From Parcubacteria group bacterium RIFCSPLOWO2_01_FULL_48_18 (GTDB lineage Bacteria; Patescibacteriota; Minisyncoccia; UBA6257; WO2-01-48-18), in the NCBI GenBank assembly GCA_001824435.1, contig MHXH01000016.1:14970-78969 (forward strand): DNA of 64,000 nt, in the 5' to 3' direction. A program made the position numbers and the translations under genes. The notes beneath the pieces are model-generated. The model had not been told where the DNA came from, searched no databases, and saw only the letters and a program-made list of their open reading frames with translations. Numbering within the stretch: position 1 is the stretch's first letter; every line of letters begins with the position of its first letter. This document shows positions 48,106 through 55,852 of the stretch, one piece after another.

Positions 48106-48933
48106 TCATCGAACCGCGTCTTCAAATAAAGTTATTAGGAATTTTGTATTTACACCCGCCTTTCCGTTGCCGATGCGCAAGCTATCAATTTTTATTACGG
48201 GCATAATTTCCTTATTCGTTGCCGCAATAAATGCCTCGGAGGCGCCCCTAAGTTCCTGCAAACGGATGTTTCTCTCTTGTATAACGAAGTATTTTCGCGC
48301 TAAAGAAAGCACGAATTTTCTGGTTATTCCCAAAAGAATATCCCGCCTCGGCGTGATAAGGACATTGCGCCTGAATATAAAAAAATTGCTCGTCGTGCAT
48401 TCCAGCGCTTTGCCGTTTGACACATATAGGGTTTCGAGCGCCCCCCTGCGCAGTCTACGAATATGATCGTGAAACGCACTGAGATAGTTAATGGTTTTCG
48501 CCCGAGCAAATTCCCGTTGATGCTCTTTCGTAATCAGTTTAATTCCCTTTGTATGCGCCGACTGCGGGTAGGTATGTGGTTGTTCCAGAAGGATACAAAT
48601 ATCGGAAGAAAAACTCTTTGCGTCTTTGTCAAAATTTTTGGCCAAGACTAGGATACGAATATCCGCCTCTCCTATTTTATTCTTCTCAAGCAAAAACCCT
48701 ATTATTCTTTCAATTCTTTGCGCGGATATGGGCAACGACAGGTAGAGCGCCCGCGCGGAGTTTTTGAGCCGCGCGAGGTGTTCCGCAAGCCGGAAAGGCA
48801 CACCTCCATACATTCGTATAAATTCAAAAACACCGTATCCCCGCTGAAGGCCTAGGTTGCGAACATTAATATTTGCGTTTTGTACGGAAACAATTTTTCC
48901 GTTTACAAAACACCAACGAGGCGATGCCATCAT
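48106..48933 (-). CDS. Class IV PLP aminotransferase (D-amino acid aminotransferase-like)
   Basis: RGYGVFE, HLARL, KTINY, ECTTSNFF, ILLGITR. Confidence 0.85.
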   Translation of the reverse strand: MMASPRWCFVNGKIVSVQNANINVRNLGLQRGYGVFEFIRMYGGVPFRLAEHLARLKNSARALYLSLPISAQRIERIIGFLLEKNKIGEADIRILVLAKNFDKDAKSFSSDICILLEQPHTYPQSAHTKGIKLITKEHQREFARAKTINYLSAFHDHIRRLRRGALETLYVSNGKALECTTSNFFIFRRNVLITPRRDILLGITRKFVLSLARKYFVIQERNIRLQELRGASEAFIAATNKEIMPVIKIDSLRIGNGKAGVNTKFLITLFEDAVR

Positions 48934-48976
48934 AATCGTGCCGCTATGCCGGCTCCTGCCATTATATCATTTTTTT

Positions 48977-49104
48977 ACCCCGCACCAGAAAGCCCCAGAC
49001 TCCTGTTTGGGGATGAAGGTGCTAAGCCCGAAGGGCTTTCGGTGCGGGGTTTCGCTCCGCGCCGAATCGAAAGAAGCCGCCGACTCCTGTCGGCGGAGCT
49101 TCAC
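48977..49104 (+). mobile_element. Non-autonomous IS200/IS605-derived miniature element (PATE/MITE-like)
   Basis: Twin subterminal hairpins AAGCCCCAGAC-TCCT-GTTTGGGGA and AAGCCGCCGAC-TCCT-GTCGGCGGAG, ending in TTCAC; no ORF. Confidence 0.6.
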
Positions 49105-49205
49105 TACCTAACACAAATCGACTAGAGCATAGGGGGGTAGCAGCTTCTCTGCGATTATCCCCAATGGAGTTGATCCTTTCTTCGACACCCGGTATCATAA
49201 ATGTA

Positions 49206-49259
49206 ATGGAACGGTTTGCAACTGCAACTACCACGACCACGACCCGCACGTACCGCTGA
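49206..49259 (+). CDS. thrL: thr operon leader peptide MERFATATTTTTTRTYR
   Basis: 8 Thr codons in 17, six consecutive, ending 67 nt upstream of thrA ATG. Confidence 0.85.
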   Translation: MERFATATTTTTTRTYR

Positions 49260-49318
49260 GGCGATGTTGTAGTTAAAAGCGTAAAAATTGGAATCATACA
49301 TCGGCCTCAGGGGGGTCG
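49240..49318 (+). promoter_or_regulatory. Attenuator hairpin sequestering the thrA ribosome-binding site
   Basis: CGACCC..CTGAGG-CGATGT pairs with ACATCG-g-CCTCAG..GGGTCG, covering AGGGGGGT upstream of ATG 49327. Confidence 0.65.
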
Positions 49319-49326
49319 ATTTTCTT

Positions 49327-51765
49327 ATGAAGATCAAACGGGTTTTAAAATTCGGCGGCACATCGTTGGGATCTCCAGATGCCATCAGAAGAGCCAGCGC
49401 CATTATCAGGGAAGCGGCGCAGCGGGGGGCAATAGCCGTTGTTGTTTCTGCGTTTTCCGGCGTTACTGATCAGCTTTTGTGCTGCGCCAGATGGGCAGAG
49501 AAACAGAATCCTGAATTGAGGCAAGAACTGCGTCGGCTACGCATGCGTCATTTTGAAACGGCTCGAAAACTTTTTCCGGCAAAGCTTCGCGAGGAAGCTA
49601 GGGCGCCCTTGGAGCAATTATTTAAAGAATTGGAGGGGCGTCTTATGCGCATTGAAAAAGGAAAGGCTGCGTCGGTTCAAGACCTCGATGCTGTCGCAGG
49701 CATTGGAGAACGCCTATCCGCCCCCATCATTGCCGCTTACCTAAACAGTTTTGACACCAAACGTCATCCGTTCAGGTCATACACTATAGACGCCAGGGGT
49801 TTAATTAAGACCGACAGCTGCTTCGGAAGGGCCAGTGTTGATTTTGTTAAGACCGACCGCAATATTAAAGAGTTTTTCCATGGCCGTCCCGGAGGTAAAA
49901 ATATGGTTCCCGTGCTAACCGGCTTTATCGGGTCAACCGATGGGGGCGAAACCACAACGCTCGGTCGAGGCGGGTCTGATTACACTGCCGCAATCGTCGC
50001 TGCGGCCATCGATGCGAAACTCGTCGAAATATGGACCGATGTTGATGGGGTAATGAGTGCCGACCCCAATCTTGTTACGCACGCATATCTCTTGCCGCAA
50101 CTGACCTATTCCGAAGCGATTGAAATGGCATATTTCGGCGCTAAGGTTATCCATCCGGCAACCATGCTTCCGGCAATTAAAAAGAAAATTCCTATTCTCA
50201 TCAAAAATACATTTAACCCATCCTCGTCAGGCACTCTTATTTCCCATGGCGCATCCAGCGATAACAATCAAACCGTAAAAGGCATTACCGCAATAGATGA
50301 TGTTGCCATTATAAATATAGGTGGCGTGAGTTTGGCGGGTATACCCGGTTCAGCCGCCAGAGTTTTTAAGGCGACTGCCGCCGCGGGCGCCAATGTTGTT
50401 TTAATATCGCAGGCGTCGTCAGAGCATACAATCTGCATTGCGATAAAAAGAGAGAGCCTTGCCCCGGCCCTCTATTCTCTCCGAAAAGAATTTAGGGAAG
50501 CGATAAAACAAAAACAGGTAACGCTTCACACAATCAAGGATCAATCCATTGTTGCCGTCGTGGGAGACGGCATGCGGGGAACGCCTGGCGTTGCCGGCAA
50601 GTTATTTAACGCCCTTGCTGAACACGGGATAAACATTTCCGCGATTGCCCAAGGGGGCTCTGAACGAAATATTTCTCTTGTAGTAAAATCGTCCGACAAA
50701 GCAGCTGCGCTTAACGTCATCCATAATGCGTTTTTACGGGTTCCGCCAAAACACATCTTTCTAGCAGGCACCGGCAATATAGGGGGCAAGCTTCTAGAGC
50801 AGATGAAGGCCCATCCTCATCTCAGGGTATGCGGTCTTATTAACACCGATTTTATGCTTTCTGACTCGAGGGGCATTCAACTTGACCGGTGGAGCATTTT
50901 ATTGGGTCGCGGCCAGCAAGCTAACGTACAAACATGGCTCTCGCGGGCACGAACCCTCAATCTGTCGAATAAAATTTTTGTTGATTGCACTGCCAGCAAA
51001 AAAATCGCTCGGCAGTACTGCAACATTGCCCGGGCCGGTTTTCATATTGTAACGCCGAACAAGATATTCAATGTGTTACCATTTGACGAATACCAAAAGC
51101 TGCGCCGCATTTTGGCGCAAAACAACAAGCGCTTCCTTTATGAAACAACGGTTGGCGCGGCTATGCCGATCATCTCTACGCTAAGAGATCTTGTTGCTAG
51201 CGGGGATGGCATTACCAGGATCGAGGGTATTTTTTCCGGAACGCTCAGTTATATCCTAAGCGCTTACGACGGAAAAAGACCGTTTAGCTCGGTGGTGCTG
51301 GAAGCGAAGGAAAAAGGCTATACCGAGCCCGATCCTAGAACTGACCTTTCAGGAGAAGATGTGGGAAGAAAACTGCTTATTCTGGCCCGCGAAATAGGCC
51401 TGCCGCTTGAAATGGAAGACATAAAAGTCCAAAGTTTGGTGCCTCCCCCCCTGCGAAAAGTAAAATCGGCAGACTCGTTTTTGGCGCGTTTGAAAGACTA
51501 CGACAAACAGTTTGAAAAACTATGCAAACGCGCTAGAGTAAGAGGACGGGCGCTGCGATACGTGGCAACGCTTCAAGGAAGGCGGGCGTCGGTATCGCTT
51601 AAAGAAATTCCATTGACCGATCCTTTGTCCTCTACTCGTGGCGCTGATAATATCTTTGTTTTTTATACCAAGCGCTACAACGAACGGCCGTTGGTGGTTC
51701 AAGGGCCCGGAGCCGGCGCCGCAGTCACCGCTGGAGGGGTGTTGACGGACATTCTTAAAATCTAG
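49327..51765 (+). CDS. thrA: Bifunctional aspartate kinase / homoserine dehydrogenase
   Basis: VLKFGGTS, TLGRGGSDY, two ACT domains, GTGNIG, YETTVGA, GYTEPDPR, GPGAG. Confidence 0.95.
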   Translation: MKIKRVLKFGGTSLGSPDAIRRASAIIREAAQRGAIAVVVSAFSGVTDQLLCCARWAEKQNPELRQELRRLRMRHFETARKLFPAKLREEARAPLEQLFKELEGRLMRIEKGKAASVQDLDAVAGIGERLSAPIIAAYLNSFDTKRHPFRSYTIDARGLIKTDSCFGRASVDFVKTDRNIKEFFHGRPGGKNMVPVLTGFIGSTDGGETTTLGRGGSDYTAAIVAAAIDAKLVEIWTDVDGVMSADPNLVTHAYLLPQLTYSEAIEMAYFGAKVIHPATMLPAIKKKIPILIKNTFNPSSSGTLISHGASSDNNQTVKGITAIDDVAIINIGGVSLAGIPGSAARVFKATAAAGANVVLISQASSEHTICIAIKRESLAPALYSLRKEFREAIKQKQVTLHTIKDQSIVAVVGDGMRGTPGVAGKLFNALAEHGINISAIAQGGSERNISLVVKSSDKAAALNVIHNAFLRVPPKHIFLAGTGNIGGKLLEQMKAHPHLRVCGLINTDFMLSDSRGIQLDRWSILLGRGQQANVQTWLSRARTLNLSNKIFVDCTASKKIARQYCNIARAGFHIVTPNKIFNVLPFDEYQKLRRILAQNNKRFLYETTVGAAMPIISTLRDLVASGDGITRIEGIFSGTLSYILSAYDGKRPFSSVVLEAKEKGYTEPDPRTDLSGEDVGRKLLILAREIGLPLEMEDIKVQSLVPPPLRKVKSADSFLARLKDYDKQFEKLCKRARVRGRALRYVATLQGRRASVSLKEIPLTDPLSSTRGADNIFVFYTKRYNERPLVVQGPGAGAAVTAGGVLTDILKI

Positions 51766-51862
51766 AATATGGAATTTGAAATTTGAAGACTATTTGAAAT
51801 AAAAAAAGTGGCGCTCGCAAACAGCGTGTAGCGCCACAGATATGACAGTGCCGTCGTGATAG

Positions 51863-52060
51863 TTATACTAGCCTTACCACTCGTTCCACGAAGGGATCAA
51901 GGAAGCCCGATACATTCCCGCCAGCGGAACGGATGCGCCCATCAACGATTTCAACCCGGATAGCCAAACCTAAACCAGAGTAGAAATCAGGGTTAAGGCC
52001 AAGCATGCTCATGACTTCATTTTGGCGGTCAAGCTTGATGATTGCGACAAGGTTATTCAC
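51863..52060 (-). CDS. Small hypothetical protein antisense within the thr operon
   Basis: 65 aa; SD GAGGAG before GTG; minus-strand TGCTATAAT at 52115-52123; hairpin GTGGCGCT/AGCGCCAC downstream. Confidence 0.5.
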   Translation of the reverse strand: MNNLVAIIKLDRQNEVMSMLGLNPDFYSGLGLAIRVEIVDGRIRSAGGNVSGFLDPFVERVVRLV

Positions 52061-52136
52061 GGAGTTCTCCTCGTGTCTTTGGTGGGCTAACTATCAAGCG
52101 GTCCGAACGATTACATTATAGCACCTCATTAATATC

Positions 52137-53225
52137 ATGTCAATCCCCAAAATATGTAAATTGCGAGTTGGCATATTGGGCGCGACAGGCATTGTGGGAC
52201 AAAAGTTTATTGTCCTGCTTCAAAACCATCCGTGGTTTGAGCTCGTTTCTGTTGCTGCGTCTGAAGAATCAGCCGGAAAAACGTACGAAAAGGCGGTTGC
52301 CGGAAGATGGAAGCAGCAAGTCGATATCCCAAAAAATGTCGCTCGAACGAAGGTGTCCCAATGCGACCCGCACGCCATGCAAGCGGACTTCGTGTTTTCC
52401 GGATTGGACGGGGCAGTGGCCAAAGACATCGAAAGGTCTTTTGCGGAAAGCGGTATTCCGGTTATTTCCAATACCAAAACGTACCGCATGGAAGAAGACG
52501 TACCGCTCCTTATCCCCGAAATTAATCCGGACCATATTCGGCTCATTGATATACAACGTAAAAGGCGGCAGTGGTCCGGATTTATCGTTACCAATCCCAA
52601 CTGTGTTGCAATTCCGCTGGCAATGGCGCTTAAACCTATTTATGACGCCGTGGGAATCCAAAAAGTTTCTGTGGTGTCTATGCAGGCGATCTCGGGCGCC
52701 GGATTTCCCGGCGTCGCCTCTATAGATATTGTGGACAACCTCATTCCATATATCGTTGGGGAAGAGCCGAAGGTAGAAACCGAACCGTTGAAACTCTTGG
52801 GAAAACTTGCGGCTGGAAAAGTGAAATTCGCCGCATTTCCGATTTCAGCGCAGTGCAACAGAGTGGCAGTACAAGATGGACATTTTTTGAATATTTCGTT
52901 TACAACCGCAAAAAAAACATCGGTCGAGCGGCTTAAAAAATTGATACGAGATTTCAGAGGCGAGCCGCAAAAACTAAAATTGCCCTCTGCGCCCCAAAAT
53001 CCGCTTATATATCTCGATGATGATTTTAGGCCGCAACCGCGGCTGGACCGTGACCGCGAAGGTGGAATGGCGATAACCATAGGCCGCCTCCGTGAATGCC
53101 CTGTATTTGGGTATAAGATGGCGGTTCTCGGCCACAACACTATCCGCGGAGCTGCCGGCGCAGCTATTCTTAACGCTGAGTTGCTGTATAAAAAGGGTTA
53201 TCTTGTTCGTTCTCGTTTCTCATAG
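52137..53225 (+). CDS. asd: Aspartate-semialdehyde dehydrogenase (archaeal/fungal-like type)
   Basis: GILGATGIVGQ, VTNPNC, QAISGAG, HNTIRGAAG. Confidence 0.95.
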   Translation: MSIPKICKLRVGILGATGIVGQKFIVLLQNHPWFELVSVAASEESAGKTYEKAVAGRWKQQVDIPKNVARTKVSQCDPHAMQADFVFSGLDGAVAKDIERSFAESGIPVISNTKTYRMEEDVPLLIPEINPDHIRLIDIQRKRRQWSGFIVTNPNCVAIPLAMALKPIYDAVGIQKVSVVSMQAISGAGFPGVASIDIVDNLIPYIVGEEPKVETEPLKLLGKLAAGKVKFAAFPISAQCNRVAVQDGHFLNISFTTAKKTSVERLKKLIRDFRGEPQKLKLPSAPQNPLIYLDDDFRPQPRLDRDREGGMAITIGRLRECPVFGYKMAVLGHNTIRGAAGAAILNAELLYKKGYLVRSRFS

Positions 53226-53309
53226 TAATCTGATGAGGTCGCCAGCGGTAATTCTATACTTGTACTACGAAACAGCATTGCGGATCTCCGATTTTTCGAG
53301 TATCTCAAT

Positions 53310-53337
53310 AATATTCTAACATTCTCAAGAATGTCAG
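53310..53337. repeat. Left 28-bp inverted repeat flanking the HTH gene
   Basis: AATATTCTAACATTCTCAAGAATGTCAG; matches the reverse complement of 53629-53656 at 25/28. Confidence 0.8.
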
Positions 53338-53353
53338 AATATTGTGGCAGGAC

Positions 53354-53641
53354 ATGACGGACAAAGTCAAAAATCAAAAACAAATGGAACGGCACTTTAA
53401 GGGCGTAGCAAATCACCGCCGCATTGAGATTCTTATGGTTATCGCCGAACACGAAGGAGTTACGCTGGACAACCTATCGCGCATCGTTTCGTGCAATTTT
53501 AAAACGCTTTCCGAACATACGCGCCGGCTCGTCCAAGCCGGTTTGATAAATAAGAAATACCACGGACGGTTTGTCCGCCATACACTCTCGCCATATGGCA
53601 GAATGTTCTATAAGTTTATCGTGACGCTCCGACATTCTTGA
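53354..53641 (+). CDS. ArsR-like winged-helix protein
   Basis: FKGVANHRRIEIL...TLSEHTRRLVQAGLI. Confidence 0.85.
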   Translation: MTDKVKNQKQMERHFKGVANHRRIEILMVIAEHEGVTLDNLSRIVSCNFKTLSEHTRRLVQAGLINKKYHGRFVRHTLSPYGRMFYKFIVTLRHS

Positions 53642-53656
53642 GAATATTAGAATGTT
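53629..53656. repeat. Right 28-bp inverted repeat overlapping the HTH stop codon
   Basis: CCGACATTCTTGAGAATATTAGAATGTT. Confidence 0.8.
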
Positions 53657-53775
53657 ATGTGGTAGGGATAATGGAAATGTGAAGTCGTAAATTCCCGCGA
53701 CATTTCGCTGAGTGGGATAAATATAAGAGGTGCCACGGGGCGTAGGAATGGAATGAGGGTGTCGCCGTTCACATA

Positions 53776-54285
53776 ATGCGTACCAACACAAAACAAAGCA
53801 TCACATTAATCGGCATGCCGGGGTCGGGTAAGTCGACTATCGGGCGGCTCGTTGCGCGGCGGCTGAATTGGAATTTCGTCGACCTCGATGACGTCATTAA
53901 AGAAAAAGATGGAAAGAGCCACGCGGAGATTCTTGAATTCGACGGAGAGAAAACGCTCCTTGCGCGTGAAGAGGCGCATACGCTTGGACTTGTTTTTTCA
54001 AACCTTGTATTCTCGCCGGGCGGGAGCATTATCTATTCGCCGAAGGCGATGGAAAAACTCCGCAGTGAAACGCGCGTCATCTATCTTGCGCTTCCGCTTC
54101 CTGAAATAAAAAAACGCCTCGGCAAAAAAATCAACGACCGCGGCATTGTGGGGCTTGCCAAAAAAGGGATTGAAGGATTATTTAAAGAACGCGCGCCGCA
54201 GTACAAAGCGGCTGCCCACCATACTGTTGATTGTTTGAACCTGCGTAAACAGGAAATTGTAAAAAGAATTCTTCAAGACGCATGA
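53776..54285 (+). CDS. Shikimate kinase-like P-loop kinase (candidate homoserine kinase)
   Basis: LIGMPGSGKSTIG, FVDLD, SPGGS, ERAPQY; stop overlaps thrC start (ATGA). Confidence 0.8.
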   Translation: MRTNTKQSITLIGMPGSGKSTIGRLVARRLNWNFVDLDDVIKEKDGKSHAEILEFDGEKTLLAREEAHTLGLVFSNLVFSPGGSIIYSPKAMEKLRSETRVIYLALPLPEIKKRLGKKINDRGIVGLAKKGIEGLFKERAPQYKAAAHHTVDCLNLRKQEIVKRILQDA

Positions 54286-55613
54286 AATACTACAGTACCA
54301 ACAAACGCGCTCCGCTTGTTACTTTTAAAGAAGCGCTTCTCCGTGGTCTTGCGCCGGACGGAGGCCTGTACATGCCGCAGTCGTTCCCGAAATTTCCTAT
54401 TTCTTTTTGGAATGATATCGAAAAAACAAGCTCTGGTCGCGTTGCATTTGATCTTTTGCGTCATTTTATCACAGACATACCGGCGCCAGCATTTAAAAAA
54501 ATCATCCGTGATGCATTCAATTTTCCGGCACCGCTTGTGCGACTTAACGACAATGTATATGTGCTGGAACTCTTTCACGGCCCAACGCTTTCTTTCAAAG
54601 ATTTCGGCGCGCGATTTATGGCGCGTACAATGGGATATTACCTCCGTTCCCAGAAAAAGAAATTGTATATTTTTGTGGCTACGTCCGGAGATACCGGAAG
54701 CGCGGTTGCGCACGGTTTTTTTAATATTCCCGGAGTACGCGTGTTCATTCTGTATCCTTCGGGTCGCGTGAGCAGAAACCAGGAGAAACAACTTACGACA
54801 TTCGGAAAAAATATCACGGCGTTTGAAATTAAGGGGAATTTTGACGACTGTCAGCAGCTCGCAAAACAGCTTTTGAACGATCCCGATATTCGAAAAAGGG
54901 CTCTCGTTTCATCCGCCAATTCAATAAACATCGGCCGTCTACTGCCGCAGATGTTTTATTATCTCTTCGGTTGGGCGCAGCTTCAAAGCCGTAGAACTGT
55001 CGAGCTATCGAGCTGTCAAGTTCCTATTTTTGTGGTCCCGAGCGGTAATTTCGGGAATATATGCGCCGGGCTTTTTGCAAAAAAACTTGGGCTTCCGGCC
55101 AAAAAATTCATCGCGGCGGTAAATATAAACAGCGGCGTGCCGGAATATTTAAAGACTGGCCGCCTTCCCGTGAAAAAAACGAGGCGCACGCTTTCAAGCG
55201 CAATGGACGTGGGACTCCCAAGCAATTTCGCGCGGATCCTTGATTTATATGGCCATAACCGGGAGTCTTTGCAAAAAGATTTAGACGCGGCCATAGTGAC
55301 AGATCGTGAAACAAAAAAGACCATCCACGAAACATACGAGAAATATGGTTATATCGCCGATCCCCATACTGCGGTAGGAATTGCCGCAGGGCTTCGGTAT
55401 CGCGAATCGGGCCGGGGAAACGATCCGATAATTGTCCTTTCAACCGCCCATCCCGCAAAATTTCCGGAAGCCGTCGAAAAACAAATTAAAGAAAAGCTTA
55501 CTGTGCCCGGCTCGCTCCGCAGAATAATCAGAAGAAAGAACAGGGGCGTCCTCGCAAAGAACAACCCTGAAGATCTAAAAAGACTTATCGGAAAATACAT
55601 AAAACATCCATGA
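54282..55613 (+). CDS. thrC: Threonine synthase
   Basis: GLAPDGGLY, ELFHGPTLSFKDFG, ATSGDTG, VPSGNFGN, TAHPAKF. Confidence 0.96.
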   Translation: MKYYSTNKRAPLVTFKEALLRGLAPDGGLYMPQSFPKFPISFWNDIEKTSSGRVAFDLLRHFITDIPAPAFKKIIRDAFNFPAPLVRLNDNVYVLELFHGPTLSFKDFGARFMARTMGYYLRSQKKKLYIFVATSGDTGSAVAHGFFNIPGVRVFILYPSGRVSRNQEKQLTTFGKNITAFEIKGNFDDCQQLAKQLLNDPDIRKRALVSSANSINIGRLLPQMFYYLFGWAQLQSRRTVELSSCQVPIFVVPSGNFGNICAGLFAKKLGLPAKKFIAAVNINSGVPEYLKTGRLPVKKTRRTLSSAMDVGLPSNFARILDLYGHNRESLQKDLDAAIVTDRETKKTIHETYEKYGYIADPHTAVGIAAGLRYRESGRGNDPIIVLSTAHPAKFPEAVEKQIKEKLTVPGSLRRIIRRKNRGVLAKNNPEDLKRLIGKYIKHP

Positions 55614-55852
55614 AGAAATAGACGGCCGGGGAGGACGATTTGTCTTTAAGCATTAGTCAATTTTTTACGATCGCAAAGATATTGGCCAGGCTCCTACGGC
55701 CCACAATGACGAACGAAAAAAGGAAACTCTTTCTTTCCAAGAAGAGAGGAGTTATCTTGTTTTTATCCGAGGGCCGTGCTATCATAGAATAATTCGTCCA
55801 CCCCCTATGTTGTGTAAGCGGGGGCGTTTGGTATTTGGAGCATTGTTTTCCA

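Noticed and set aside
53776-54285. Assigning gene symbol aroK
   Set aside because: The fold matches, but the context points to threonine synthesis and no aro genes are nearby.
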